From an uncultured Planctomycetota bacterium (lineage in GTDB: Bacteria > Planctomycetota > Phycisphaerae > Tepidisphaerales > Tepidisphaeraceae), in assembly GCA_963841915.1 (NCBI GenBank), contig CAWJEN010000005.1, forward strand, positions 320,001 to 384,000: a DNA stretch of 64,000 nt. The letters are read 5' to 3'. Shown piece after piece: positions 41,679 to 51,829 of this stretch. Made by a program: the position numbers and the translations under genes. Each line of letters starts with the position of its first letter. Positions within the stretch are counted from its first letter, which is position 1. The notes beneath the pieces are model-generated. The model was given only the letters and a program-made list of their open reading frames with translations. It was not told the origin of the DNA and did no database searches.

Positions 41679-42641
41679 TCAGGCAGCTGCGCCTTGCAGC
41701 TCGCCCGCACCTTCTTCGAGCTCGACGCCGCGCCGGTCGGCGACGGTCTGTCGACTTTGAAGTCGACGCAGCGCGTCGATGGTGGCCTTGAGCAGGTTTT
41801 TGGGACTGGTGCTGCCGTAGGCCTTCGTGAGCACGTCGCTCAGGCCGGCAAGTTCGAGCACCGGGCGGACTGTCTTACCAGCCGTGACGCCGGTACCGGG
41901 CAACGCCGGGATGAGCTTGACGCTTGATGCGCCGCTCTTTCCGAGCGATACGTGCGGGATCGTGGTACCCTGCATGGGGAACTTGAAGAGACTCTTGCGG
42001 GCTTCCTTTGTCGCCTTTTCAACGGCAGAAGGAACTTCGTTGGCCTTGCCGTAGCCGATACCGATCTTGCCGGCGCGGTCACCGGCCACGACGAGGGCGG
42101 CGAAGCTGAAAGTTCGGCCGCCCTTGACGACTTTGCTGCAACGGTAGATGCGGATCACGCTCGACTCGATGCCGTCCTCATCCTTCTCAGGACGATTGTC
42201 GCTGCGACGCCCACGGCCCCGGCCGCCCTGCTGTCCGCCTCCTCCACCGCCGCGACCACGACCACCTCCGCCTCCGCCTCCTCCACCACCGGTGCGGGGA
42301 CCACTGGGCATCACAGGTCCTACGGAGGCGGCAGGCTCAATGACTGGTGTCGAGAGGACCGCCTCGGGCGTGCCTACAGCTTGTGGCGTGTTCGGCTGAC
42401 TGTCACCAACGGCGGTCGCATCACTCGTGCCGGCACCTGTCTGATTGCCGTCCGCCGTAGCACCAGGCTCGCCAGCACCCGCACCGACCTGCTCGAGCTC
42501 ACCGCGGGCTGGCATCGGCGCACTGCCATCGTTCGGCATCGAGCCGTCCTTCGAAGCGTCGACGCTGCCAACGGAATCGGCACCGGTGTCCGCACCCTCA
42601 GCGGTTTTGGGAGAAGTATCAGGAGTGTCTTGATCAGCCAT
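41679..42641 (-). CDS. rpsE: 30S ribosomal protein S5 with long N-terminal low-complexity extension
   Basis: KVVKGGRTFSFAALVVAGD, GKANEVP; ATG 42641. Confidence 0.95.
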   Translation of the reverse strand: MADQDTPDTSPKTAEGADTGADSVGSVDASKDGSMPNDGSAPMPARGELEQVGAGAGEPGATADGNQTGAGTSDATAVGDSQPNTPQAVGTPEAVLSTPVIEPAASVGPVMPSGPRTGGGGGGGGGGRGRGGGGGGQQGGRGRGRRSDNRPEKDEDGIESSVIRIYRCSKVVKGGRTFSFAALVVAGDRAGKIGIGYGKANEVPSAVEKATKEARKSLFKFPMQGTTIPHVSLGKSGASSVKLIPALPGTGVTAGKTVRPVLELAGLSDVLTKAYGSTSPKNLLKATIDALRRLQSRQTVADRRGVELEEGAGELQGAAA

Positions 42642-42743
42642 GGGGAAGCGTGTGTGTCTGAGAACGGCCGGTCTTGATGATAAAGCCGCCTCGTCAGTGC
42701 CGGCGGGCAATCTGAGGACGAGGCGGTGCAGTGCTGTGATGTC

Positions 42744-43115
42744 TTAGAATTGCAGTCCGCCCTCACGGGCGGCATCTGCCAGTGCGGCAACGCGCCCGTG
42801 ATAGCGACGACCATTGCGATCAAATGCGACCTTTGTCACGCCGGCGGCCTTGGCCTTCTCGGCGATGGCCTTACCAACCGCCGTCGCGGCGGCCACATTG
42901 CAGGTGCCACCCGACTCGACGGCAGACGACTTGCCAATTGTACCAGCAGAGGCAAGGGTGCGGCCGGCCCGGTCGTCGATGATCTGGGCGTAGATGTGCT
43001 TGCCGCTTGGGAAGACGGTCAGGCGAGGCCTCTCTTCGGTGCCGACGATCTTGTGCCGGATGCTGTACTTGCGGCGTTGAAGCCGCTTGGCCTTAAGCTT
43101 GTTCTTGTCTGCCAT
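42744..43115 (-). CDS. rplR: 50S ribosomal protein L18
   Basis: [28 protein letters not shown]. Confidence 0.97.
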   Translation of the reverse strand: MADKNKLKAKRLQRRKYSIRHKIVGTEERPRLTVFPSGKHIYAQIIDDRAGRTLASAGTIGKSSAVESGGTCNVAAATAVGKAIAEKAKAAGVTKVAFDRNGRRYHGRVAALADAAREGGLQF

Positions 43116-43184
43116 CGTGGTGTGTCCTTTCGGTGCCCGCTCCAGGGGCGACGGAGGATCCGTCGCCCACGGACGAATTCTACG

Positions 43185-43724
43185 TCATTTGCCGGTTGTC
43201 TTACCCGGCTTGATCTTGACCTGCTCGCCCTCGTAGCGAATGCCTTTACCTTTGTAAGGCTCGGGCTTACGGATCGCACGGACCTCGGCGGCAAATTGGC
43301 CGACCTTCTGCTTGTCGATGCCAGTCACTTCGATCTTAGTGCCGCCGTCGACAGAGACGGTAAGCCCATCTGGAACGATGCGGGTGATCTTGTTGGCGAA
43401 GCCGGCAGCAACGACCAGCTTCTTACCTTGAAGAACGGCGTTATAGCCGACGCCTTGAACCTCAAGTGCCTTGCGGTACCCGTCGGTTACACCAACGAGC
43501 ATGTTGGCGACGAGTGCTCGAGTCAGGCCATGAAAAGCCTTGCTCGTTCGCTCGTCGTTGGCCCGGCTAACCGTAACTTCAGAATCGTCAATCGAAAAGT
43601 CGATAGCAGGCTGAGCGGTAAAGCTGAGCTTGCCTTTCGGCCCTTCGACATTGATGGTTTTGCCGTCGATCGACGCTTTCGCGCCGGAGGGAATGGTGAC
43701 TGGCTTTTTGCCGAGACGGGACAT
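43185..43724 (-). CDS. rplF: 50S ribosomal protein L6
   Basis: MSRLGKKP, PEPYKGKGIRY. Confidence 0.98.
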   Translation of the reverse strand: MSRLGKKPVTIPSGAKASIDGKTINVEGPKGKLSFTAQPAIDFSIDDSEVTVSRANDERTSKAFHGLTRALVANMLVGVTDGYRKALEVQGVGYNAVLQGKKLVVAAGFANKITRIVPDGLTVSVDGGTKIEVTGIDKQKVGQFAAEVRAIRKPEPYKGKGIRYEGEQVKIKPGKTTGK

Positions 43725-43791
43725 GTCGGGTGCCTTTCGAGCTCACGCCGACGTTTCGGCGGCTTGGAGGGGACGGAAAAATTACTTGGGT

Positions 43792-44202
43792 TCAGGCAAC
43801 GGTGCAGAGCAGTTCCCCGCCAACCTTCTGGTCGCGGCACTTACGGTCGCTCATAACACCACGGCTTGTCGACACGACGTTGATGCCTAGGCCATCGAGC
43901 ACGCGGGGCATGTCAGCGACACCCTTGTAGACACGCCGTCCCGGCTTGGAGAACCGAGTAATCTCACGGATCGCCTTCTCTCCGCCGAGCGTGTACTTAA
44001 GCACGACGCGAATAGCGCCTTGATGACCGGTGCCCGGCGCGTCGGGAACGTCTTCGAAGTCCTCAATATACCCCTCTTCCTTCAGGACGCCGGCGATGCC
44101 GCGGCAGACCTTGCTGGCCTTGATGAGAACGTCCTTGCGACCGACCCGGTTGCCGTTACGGATGCGGGTCAGCATGTCCGCGATGGGATCCTGCATGCTC
44201 AT
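43792..44202 (-). CDS. rpsH: 30S ribosomal protein S8
   Basis: DPIADMLTRIRN, SKPGRRVY, GGELL. Confidence 0.98.
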   Translation of the reverse strand: MSMQDPIADMLTRIRNGNRVGRKDVLIKASKVCRGIAGVLKEEGYIEDFEDVPDAPGTGHQGAIRVVLKYTLGGEKAIREITRFSKPGRRVYKGVADMPRVLDGLGINVVSTSRGVMSDRKCRDQKVGGELLCTVA

Positions 44203-44254
44203 GATTGGATTCGGATAAGTGCGTGGAGCGGAGTATCAGGAAACAGCAGAAGGT

Positions 44255-44524
44255 TCACCAGCTGCTCTTGCGGAGGCCGGGGATCATGCCCTTGAGTGCG
44301 AGCTCGCGGACCTGGTTTCGGCAAATATTGAACTTGCGAAGGTAACCACGAGGCCGCCCGGTGAGGGCACAGCGGTTGTGGCTACGAGTCGGAGACGAAT
44401 CACGTGGCAAGCGAGCCAAAGCAGCGTAATCGCCCTCGGCCTTGAGTTGCTGACGCTTCTCGAAGAACTTGTCCTTCAGCGCCTCACGCTTCTTCTGCTT
44501 AACAATCCATGCGGTGGTGGCCAT
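44255..44524 (-). CDS. rpsN: 30S ribosomal protein S14 (89-aa form without full Zn ribbon)
   Basis: [27 protein letters not shown]. Confidence 0.97.
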   Translation of the reverse strand: MATTAWIVKQKKREALKDKFFEKRQQLKAEGDYAALARLPRDSSPTRSHNRCALTGRPRGYLRKFNICRNQVRELALKGMIPGLRKSSW

Positions 44525-44575
44525 AGCTATGTCCTTACGCGTCAGTGCGTGTTCGTGTGCGGGTCAGGCGAAAGT

Positions 44576-45226
44576 TCAGGCGGCTTGCTTCTGCTCTTCA
44601 TCCTTGCGGAAGGGGAAGCTAAAGCCCTTAAGCAACGCGCGACCCTCGTCGGCGGTGGCGGCTGTCGTCGTGATCGTGATGTTCATGCCCTGCTGATACA
44701 CAGCTGAGGCAGAATCGATCTCCGGGAAAACGACCTGCTCGTTCAGGCCGAAGTTGTAGTTGCCTTGGCCGTCAAAGCTCTTGGGGTTCAAGCCGCGAAA
44801 GTCCTTCACACGGGGAATCGCCAGATTGACGAGCCGATCGAAAAACTCCCACATCCGTGCGCCGCGGAGAGTCACCATCAAACCAGTCTCCTGACCCTCG
44901 CGAACCTTGAAGCCGGCGACTGATTTCTTGGCCTTGGTGCGGACGGGCTTCTGGCCCGCGATCATCGTAAGCTCCCTCTCAGCGACGTCCATCCGTTGCT
45001 TCTCACCCGCAACAACGGCCTTGCCGAGGCCCATGCTGATAACGATCTTCTCGATCTTCGGGATCGCGTGAATATTCGTGTAGCCAAACTCTTGCTTAAG
45101 AGCCGGGACGATCTCGTCGCTGTACACCTTCGACATGCGAGGCGGTGGAACGTCCGAGTTGGGACGCTCTTCCGTCTTCAGAGCGGCAAGCTTCTGGGGA
45201 CGTTGTTCTTTACTCTGCTTCGCCAT
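44576..45226 (-). CDS. rplE: 50S ribosomal protein L5
   Basis: IAGQKP, VTLRG, PRVKDFRGL, FDGQGNY. Confidence 0.98.
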   Translation of the reverse strand: MAKQSKEQRPQKLAALKTEERPNSDVPPPRMSKVYSDEIVPALKQEFGYTNIHAIPKIEKIVISMGLGKAVVAGEKQRMDVAERELTMIAGQKPVRTKAKKSVAGFKVREGQETGLMVTLRGARMWEFFDRLVNLAIPRVKDFRGLNPKSFDGQGNYNFGLNEQVVFPEIDSASAVYQQGMNITITTTAATADEGRALLKGFSFPFRKDEEQKQAA

Positions 45227-45288
45227 GATGCGGGGTTGCGACGCGTAGGTGCGACGTAGGTCTGGTGAGTCTGGAGGGACGTGATCGA

Positions 45289-45609
45289 TCAGACGCGGCC
45301 AAGGCTCGCGCCACTCTTGACTGCTATTCGATGCTTGGCACCATCGCGCTCTTCGAAGCGGACGCGGGTCGGCTTGTCGAGCTCGGGGTCAACCAATGCA
45401 ACATTGCTGACATGGACCGGGCGATCGATCTGACGCCGCTCACCCTTCGGATTTTGCTGCGTCGGCTTGACGTGCTTCCAGGCTTTGTTCATGCCTTCAA
45501 CGAGCACTTTGGCATCATCGGCCATGACACGGATAACGCGGCCACGCTTACCTTTATCACTGCCCGTGATGACCTGTACGAGGTCGCCGCTTTTGATCTT
45601 TGCTGCCAT
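45289..45609 (-). CDS. rplX: 50S ribosomal protein L24
   Basis: GDLVQVITGSDKGKRG (KOW), HVSNV. Confidence 0.97.
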   Translation of the reverse strand: MAAKIKSGDLVQVITGSDKGKRGRVIRVMADDAKVLVEGMNKAWKHVKPTQQNPKGERRQIDRPVHVSNVALVDPELDKPTRVRFEERDGAKHRIAVKSGASLGRV

Positions 45610-45642
45610 GACTGTGTGTGCGGTGTTGCGGGTGGACGAGAA

Positions 45643-46032
45643 CTACCAGACTTCGCTGGCTTGGCTGACGATCTTCGCGTAACCCCGTTCGCGGAGCTCG
45701 CGGGCAATGGCGCCGAAGATGCGGGTGCCGCGTGGGTTGCCGTCTTCGCCGATGAGGACAGCGGCGTTGTTGTCGAAGCGAACGTAGCTGCCGTCTTTGC
45801 GCTTGATCGGGTAGCTCGTGCGGACGATGACGCAGCGGACCACTTCGCCTTCTTTGACGTCAGCACCTGGAAGTGCCTTCTTGACACTGCAGATGATGAT
45901 CTCTCCGACACCGGCCGCGGGACGGCTCATGCCGTGGCGACGGCTGGTGGTTCGGCCGAGCACCTTGATGCACATGACCTGCTTCGCACCGCTGTTGTCG
46001 GCGACGTCGAGATAGGATTCCTGCTGAATCAT
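45643..46032 (-). CDS. rplN: 50S ribosomal protein L14
   Basis: [21 protein letters not shown]. Confidence 0.98.
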   Translation of the reverse strand: MIQQESYLDVADNSGAKQVMCIKVLGRTTSRRHGMSRPAAGVGEIIICSVKKALPGADVKEGEVVRCVIVRTSYPIKRKDGSYVRFDNNAAVLIGEDGNPRGTRIFGAIARELRERGYAKIVSQASEVW

Positions 46033-46094
46033 GACAAACGGGCGATGCGGCTAAGCGGGTACGGGCGAAACAAGGTGACTGACGGATGTATAGA

Positions 46095-46385
46095 TCAGAT
46101 GCCGTCCGGGCCACGCTCGATGATCTTGACGAGGCGGTGGTGCTTCGTCTTGCTAAGCGGTCGGCACTCTGCGACGAGAACGGTATCGCCGACCTTGGCG
46201 TCATTCGTCTCGTCGTGGGCCTGGAGAACGGAGCGACGAGTCAAGTACTTGCCGTACTTGGGGTGCTTCGTCTGGTAGTTGATCTGGACGCGAACCGTCT
46301 TGTCGGCGGCATTCTGCGTTACGACGCCCTGACGCGTGCGGAGCACGGAGCGAGCGGTTGAGCTGGAGTCGGCGGTGTCGGCCAT
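46095..46385 (-). CDS. rpsQ: 30S ribosomal protein S17
   Basis: HPKYGK, AHDE, ECRPLSKTK. Confidence 0.97.
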   Translation of the reverse strand: MADTADSSSTARSVLRTRQGVVTQNAADKTVRVQINYQTKHPKYGKYLTRRSVLQAHDETNDAKVGDTVLVAECRPLSKTKHHRLVKIIERGPDGI

Positions 46386-46415
46386 TGTGGTCGTTGCAGA
46401 GGTGACAAGTCAGGT

Positions 46416-46625
46416 TCAGGCGGAGGCGGAAGCCAACTGTCGCTGGCGGAGCAGCGTCTTGAGCCTCGCGATGTCGCGACGGCTCTTCTTAATGAGGCTC
46501 GAGTCGTCGAGCTTCTCGATTACCGACTGCGTACGCAGGTCAAAGAGTTGCCGCTGTAATGCTGCAAGCTCCTTGCTGAGCGCTTCAGTGTCCTTCTCGC
46601 GGTAAGCCTTGGTATCGATGGGCAT
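46416..46625 (-). CDS. rpmC: 50S ribosomal protein L29
   Basis: LFDLR, RRDIARLKT; position in operon. Confidence 0.95.
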   Translation of the reverse strand: MPIDTKAYREKDTEALSKELAALQRQLFDLRTQSVIEKLDDSSLIKKSRRDIARLKTLLRQRQLASASA

Positions 46626-46644
46626 CGTGGGAGGTTCGGAAGGT

Positions 46645-47094
46645 TCAGGCGGCAGCCGACGCAGCGGCAGGAGTGTGACTCGTTTGGGCGCGCGTCACGA
46701 AACGCGTCTTGATCGGCATCTTGTGGGCCACGCGGGCAAAGGCTTGGCGGGCGAGCGACTCGGTGACGCCGGCAATCTCAAAGAGAATCATGCCGGGCTT
46801 GACCTTGGCGGCGTAGTAGTCAACGTCGCCCTTGCCTTTACCCATTCGAACTTCCAACGGCTTACCGGAGACCGGCGTGTGCGGGAAGATCCGACGGAAG
46901 AGCTTGCCCTGCCGACGCAGGTAGTGGCTCACTGCGATTCGGCCGGCTTCGATCTGACGGGCGGTGATCCGCTCGTGCTCGAGTGCCATCAGGCCGAACT
47001 CGCCAAACACAACGGTGTTGCCACGGGTGGCATTGCCGCGGTTCTTACCCTTCATCTCCTTGCGGTACTTCCGCCGCTTTGGCATCAATGGCAT
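46645..47094 (-). CDS. rplP: 50S ribosomal protein L16
   Basis: MPKRRKYRK, QIEAGR, RMGKGKG. Confidence 0.98.
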   Translation of the reverse strand: MPLMPKRRKYRKEMKGKNRGNATRGNTVVFGEFGLMALEHERITARQIEAGRIAVSHYLRRQGKLFRRIFPHTPVSGKPLEVRMGKGKGDVDYYAAKVKPGMILFEIAGVTESLARQAFARVAHKMPIKTRFVTRAQTSHTPAAASAAA

Positions 47095-47141
47095 GACGTG
47101 CTCCTAAGTGTTCTTGGGGGTTCGTTTGCGAGAAAGATGCC

Positions 47142-47843
47142 TCAGCCGCGACGGCCGCGACGTTGGTAACCGCCTGGGCGGGTGTCGGTGTCTTCGACTG
47201 GATTGTCGTAGCGACCTCGGTAGATCCAAACCTTCACACCGATCGTGCCGGCCTTGGTCTTACTGACGGCATAGCCGTAATCGATGAAGGCTTGCAGCGT
47301 GGTGAGAGGGACCGAACCGGTCGTCTGCTTCTCGCTGCGGGCGATGTCACCGCCACCAAGGCGGCCACCCACTTGGATGCGGACGCCCTTGGCTCCGGCA
47401 TTCTTACTGGCTTCCATGCGCATCTTGAGAACGCGGCGGAAGCTGGCCCGCTTCTTGAGCTGCTCGGCAATACCTTCAGCAACAAGCTGGGCATTGAGAT
47501 CCGGGTTCTTGATCTCGATGACCTTGATCGGGCCGATCTTGCGGCCGATCGTGTCCTCGAGTTCCTCACGCAGACGGTCAACTTCAGCACCCTTGGGGCC
47601 GATGACCAGGCCGGGACGGGCGGTCTTGATCGAAATCGTGACCTCTTCCCGAGTTCGCTCGATGATGACTTCGCTTACCGCTGCAAACGGAGGCCGGCGG
47701 TTAAGCTTGTTGTCGATGTACTCGCGGAGCTTGTAGTCTTCGACGAGAAACTCGCCGTACGCCTTCTTAGGCGCGTACCACTTGGACTTGTGGTCCTCGG
47801 TGATGCCGATGCGGAAACCGACCGGGTGAATCTTTTGGCCCAT
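47142..47843 (-). CDS. rpsC: 30S ribosomal protein S3
   Basis: MGQKIHPVGFR, ARPGLVIG, GRLGG, GVKVWI. Confidence 0.98.
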   Translation of the reverse strand: MGQKIHPVGFRIGITEDHKSKWYAPKKAYGEFLVEDYKLREYIDNKLNRRPPFAAVSEVIIERTREEVTISIKTARPGLVIGPKGAEVDRLREELEDTIGRKIGPIKVIEIKNPDLNAQLVAEGIAEQLKKRASFRRVLKMRMEASKNAGAKGVRIQVGGRLGGGDIARSEKQTTGSVPLTTLQAFIDYGYAVSKTKAGTIGVKVWIYRGRYDNPVEDTDTRPGGYQRRGRRG

Positions 47844-47875
47844 GTTATTGTGGTCCTTCGGAGGTGGAGGTCGGT

Positions 47876-48214
47876 TCAGGCAGCGTCGACGCTGATGATG
47901 AGGTGGCTGGTCCGCTTCATGATCGGATGAGCTTTGCCCCGGTCTTTGGGTTGAAACCGCTTGATGGTCGGGCCTTCGTCGGCACGGGCTTCTGTGATGA
48001 CGAGGGCGCTGCGGGTCCCGGCGTTCTCAGGGTTATCGTTGAAGCTGGCGACGGCAGAACGAACGACCTTGCCGATCATGTGGCCGGCACGACGCTTATT
48101 GAACTCGAGGACGCTGAGGGCGTCATCAACTTCGCGGCCGCGGATCATGTCCATGATCAGGCGCGCCTTGCGGGGCGTGGTTCGAGCGAATCGGTGCGTA
48201 GCGCGGTGTGCCAT
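47876..48214 (-). CDS. rplV: 50S ribosomal protein L22
   Basis: PRKARL, DEGPTIKR, KRTSH. Confidence 0.97.
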   Translation of the reverse strand: MAHRATHRFARTTPRKARLIMDMIRGREVDDALSVLEFNKRRAGHMIGKVVRSAVASFNDNPENAGTRSALVITEARADEGPTIKRFQPKDRGKAHPIMKRTSHLIISVDAA

Positions 48215-48244
48215 GACTGCGTGCTGAGGAGGAACGGGAACGGG

Positions 48245-48514
48245 CTATCGCTTCTTGCCACCGACGTGGCCGCGGAACGTGCGGGTCGGACTGAACTCGC
48301 CGAGCTTGTGCCCGACCATGTCTTCCTGGACGAACACCTTCTTGAACTCGCGGCCGTTGTGCACCTCAAAGGTGTGGCCGACAAAGTCGGGGATGATGGT
48401 GCAGGCGCGGGCCCAGGTCTTGACGGGCTTTTTCTGGTTCGTCTCGTTGAGCTTCTCTACCTTGAAGTAGAGTTTCTCGTCGACGTACGGGCCCTTCTTG
48501 CTGCTGCGTGACAT
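48245..48514 (-). CDS. rpsS: 30S ribosomal protein S19
   Basis: [20 protein letters not shown]. Confidence 0.98.
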   Translation of the reverse strand: MSRSSKKGPYVDEKLYFKVEKLNETNQKKPVKTWARACTIIPDFVGHTFEVHNGREFKKVFVQEDMVGHKLGEFSPTRTFRGHVGGKKR

Positions 48515-48551
48515 GGCGTAGATCCTTGGAGGCGGGTGACTGAGCGGGGCC

Positions 48552-49421
48552 TTAGCTGTTTACGGTGACCTTGCGCGGCTGGTGCTTGCCCATCTTGCGG
48601 CGACGCAGGATGAACTTTTCACTGGCCTTCTTCTTATCGCGGGTGACGCCGCCCTTGGAGGGCACGCCCGATTTGCTGACGGGGTGACGTCCACCGTTGC
48701 TGCGACCTTCACCACCTCCAAGCGGGTGGTCGATCGGGTTCATTGCCTTGGCACGGGTGTGCGGGCGGATACCCATGTGACGACTGCGACCGGCCTTGCC
48801 AATCTTGACGTTCTGGTGGTCTGTGTTGCCAACCTGGCCGATCGTCGCCCGGCATTCGCTGCGGATGCGGCGTTGTTCGCCGCTGGGCAGGATGATGACA
48901 ACGTATTGACCTTCTTTGGCTGCGAGTCGGGCGGCGTTGCCGGCCGAGCGGACGAGTTTCCCACCCTGGCCGGGGTTCAGCTCGATGTTGTGGATCGTCA
49001 GGCCGGTTGGGATGCTAGCCAGGGGCAGGCAATTGCCAACCTCGGGAGCGCTGCCTTCGCCGCTCATGACGGTGCGGCCGACTTCCAGACCGACAGGCGC
49101 CAGGATGTAGGCCTTCTCGCCGTCCTCGTACTTCAGCAGTGCGATGAAGCAGGTGCGATTCGGGTCGTATTCAATCGTTTCGACGTTGGCAGCAACGCCG
49201 TCCTTGCGGTTACGCTTGAAGTCGATCTTGCGATAGAGCTTCTTATTACCGCCGCCACGGTGCTTGGCCGTGATCTTGCCGTGGTGGTTTCGGCCGCCGG
49301 TCTTGGTCAGACGCTCGCAGAGTGACTTCTCGGGCTTGCTCGTCGTGAGCGTCGCACGGTAGTCGATCACGCTCGAGTCGCGACGGCCGGCGCTGGTCGG
49401 GTTGTAGGTCTTGATCGGCAT
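48552..49421 (-). CDS. rplB: 50S ribosomal protein L2
   Basis: [25 protein letters not shown]. Confidence 0.98.
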   Translation of the reverse strand: MPIKTYNPTSAGRRDSSVIDYRATLTTSKPEKSLCERLTKTGGRNHHGKITAKHRGGGNKKLYRKIDFKRNRKDGVAANVETIEYDPNRTCFIALLKYEDGEKAYILAPVGLEVGRTVMSGEGSAPEVGNCLPLASIPTGLTIHNIELNPGQGGKLVRSAGNAARLAAKEGQYVVIILPSGEQRRIRSECRATIGQVGNTDHQNVKIGKAGRSRHMGIRPHTRAKAMNPIDHPLGGGEGRSNGGRHPVSKSGVPSKGGVTRDKKKASEKFILRRRKMGKHQPRKVTVNS

Positions 49422-49463
49422 CGAGACTTTCTTGGCTAGCGGGGTCTGCGGACGGGAACGTGA

Positions 49464-49742
49464 TCAGAAAAGTTCGATGCGGTCTTCGCCCTTGAGGACG
49501 ACGACGGCACGCTTCTTGTCGGGCTTCTTGGCCAGGCCGTACTTGGTCCGGCGGCTCTTGCCCTTACGGGTCATCGTGCGGACCTCCGCAACGTTGACTT
49601 TGTAGATCTCTTCAATCGCACGCTGGATTGTGTACTTGTTCGCGTCGGGTGCAACTTCGAACGTGTACGCGTTGTGCCGGCCGGCTGCCCACGTCGTCTT
49701 CTCGGTGACGATTGGCTTGACGAGGATGCTGGTGGCTTCCAT
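49464..49742 (-). CDS. rplW: 50S ribosomal protein L23
   Basis: KPIVTEK, KKRAVV; ATG 49742. Confidence 0.96.
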   Translation of the reverse strand: MEATSILVKPIVTEKTTWAAGRHNAYTFEVAPDANKYTIQRAIEEIYKVNVAEVRTMTRKGKSRRTKYGLAKKPDKKRAVVVLKGEDRIELF

Positions 49743-49819
49743 GACGTGCGGGTGAAAGAGGAGCTGTGTCGGGGGAGACAACGGCCCATGCATGAGTGCA
49801 TGCACGGGCCGTTGCGGGT

Positions 49820-50455
49820 TCAGTCGGCCATGACCTGGTCGAGGCCGGCGCGAGTCATGAGGAGCGTCCGCGTGCGGAGCACGTCAAACGCGTTGAGCTG
49901 GGCGACGCTGGTAAAGCGGGTCTCGGCCAGGTTGCGACCGGCACGATGGAGATCCATGTTCTTGGCCGTCTGCGACTCGTCGTTCGGCAGTGCGAACAAA
50001 ACGGTGCGGCTGAGACCAAGTGCCTTCCAGTAGCCGGCCATGACCTTGGTCTTGACCTCGGGCAACGTAATGTCGTCGACGATCTTGACGCTGCCATCCT
50101 GAAACTTGGCCAAGAGCGCGTTACGGGTCGCTAGACGTCGCTGCTTCTTGGGCATGTCCTGCGACCAATCCTTGGGAAGCTTCTGCTTGGCGTGGCCGCC
50201 ACCCTTACGGATGGGGTTACGCTTGGGGCCGACACGAGCGTTGCCGGTGCCCTTCTGGCGATAAAGTTTCTTCGTTGAACCGGCGACTTCGCCGCGGTTC
50301 TTGGTCTTGTGCGTGCCCTGACGCTGGTTGGCGTGGTACATGACCACAGCCTGCTTGATGAGAGCGGGACGGACCTCGCCGCCGAGCTTTTGCTCGTCGA
50401 TCTGAACCGTGTCGACCTGCTCACCGCTGGTGTTGTAGACGGGGACGTCGATCAT
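49820..50455 (-). CDS. rplD: 50S ribosomal protein L4
   Basis: RQGTHKTKNRGEV, RQKGTGNAR; ATG 50455. Confidence 0.97.
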   Translation of the reverse strand: MIDVPVYNTSGEQVDTVQIDEQKLGGEVRPALIKQAVVMYHANQRQGTHKTKNRGEVAGSTKKLYRQKGTGNARVGPKRNPIRKGGGHAKQKLPKDWSQDMPKKQRRLATRNALLAKFQDGSVKIVDDITLPEVKTKVMAGYWKALGLSRTVLFALPNDESQTAKNMDLHRAGRNLAETRFTSVAQLNAFDVLRTRTLLMTRAGLDQVMAD

Positions 50456-50456
50456 C

Positions 50457-51128
50457 TTAAGCGGCCTCCTGCTTGGCGTTACGCGAGGCGAGCGACTGCT
50501 TGATAAACAGCAGGCCGCCATTGGCACCGGGGACCGGGCCCTTCACGAGGATCAGGCCGTTGTCGGCGTCAATCCGGACGACCGGGTGATTCATGACCGT
50601 GACTTGCTCGTTACCCATCCGACCGGCCATGCGAAGGCCCTTCTTCGGACGGCCGTTGAAGCCGCGGTTGGTGGCACGTCCGCCGATCGAGCCCGGCGAC
50701 CGGTGCTTGCGCTCCGTGCCGTGCGTAGCAGGCTGGCCGCCGAAGTTGTAACGCTTCATGACGCCCTGCGTGCCCTTGCCCTTGCTGACGCCGGTGACGT
50801 CAACATTGGTGACGCCCTCAAAGACGCTGACGTCGATGGTGTCACCCGTTGCCTTGTCGGTCGCTTCGCTGAGCCGGAGCTCGCGGTGGTGACGCATCGG
50901 GCCGACGCCCGCTTTGGCGTCGTGGCCGATCATCGGGAACGTGCTGTGCTTGGCCTTGGCTTCTTCAAAGCCGAGCTGGACGGCGAAGTAGCCGTCGCTC
51001 GTGTCTTCTGCCTTGACCTGCGTGATGCTGCAGGGACCGGCCTTGATGATGGTAACCGGCACTTGCTTGCCGTCGTCATCGTAGACGCGGGTCATGCCGA
51101 TCTTTCTGCCGAGTAGTGCTGGAAACAT
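50457..51128 (-). CDS. rplC: 50S ribosomal protein L3
   Basis: GRKIGMT, SKGKGTQGVMKR, MAGRMG, KGPVPG. Confidence 0.98.
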   Translation of the reverse strand: MFPALLGRKIGMTRVYDDDGKQVPVTIIKAGPCSITQVKAEDTSDGYFAVQLGFEEAKAKHSTFPMIGHDAKAGVGPMRHHRELRLSEATDKATGDTIDVSVFEGVTNVDVTGVSKGKGTQGVMKRYNFGGQPATHGTERKHRSPGSIGGRATNRGFNGRPKKGLRMAGRMGNEQVTVMNHPVVRIDADNGLILVKGPVPGANGGLLFIKQSLASRNAKQEAA

Positions 51129-51449
51129 TGGCGTCGGTCGGTCCCAGAGCAGTCGACACGCGTCGATCTGGTGGGCCGCTCCTATCGGTCAGGAACGTGG
51201 TGAGTGGAGCCCGGCCGAGTGCTGTTGAGCGACTAGCGGCGGACCCTCTGGGCCTGGTGCGTCACCCGCGGGGAGCGGGATTCCGGGGTCTTGGATGACC
51301 CCCGCATCAGGCGAACGGTGCGTCCCGAAATTTCGGAACTGGGTTGTCTCAGGTGCCTCTTGCCGGTTCTTACCGGATCAGGCGGGCGGGAGTGTAGCGG
51401 GTCACCGTCGAGTGTCGCGTTGCGACACCCGAATTTTGTGAACAGCTGC
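51129..51449 (-). promoter_or_regulatory. Long hairpin-rich spacer between rpsJ and rplC; candidate internal promoter and structured leader
   Basis: About 320 nt with several inverted repeats; TACACT box at 51396-51391 followed by CCCGCCC. Confidence 0.45.
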
Positions 51450-51761
<312 letters not shown>

Positions 51762-51801
51762 AGGTTCTCTGCGTTTCTCGTGCGGGTCAGTTCGGGCGGG
51801 G

Positions 51802-51829
51802 AGGCTAGGACAGGCGGCCGGTAAGTCAA
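51802..51829 (-). promoter_or_regulatory. Sigma70-type promoter for the S10 operon
   Basis: TTGACT-16 nt-TAGCCT followed by GC-rich CCCCGCCC, about 40 nt upstream of rpsJ. Confidence 0.6.

Noticed and set aside
51129..51449. Spacer as SRP RNA, tRNA or RNase P RNA
   Set aside because: No SRP domain IV motif, cloverleaf/TTCGA arm or RNase P conserved blocks could be found by eye
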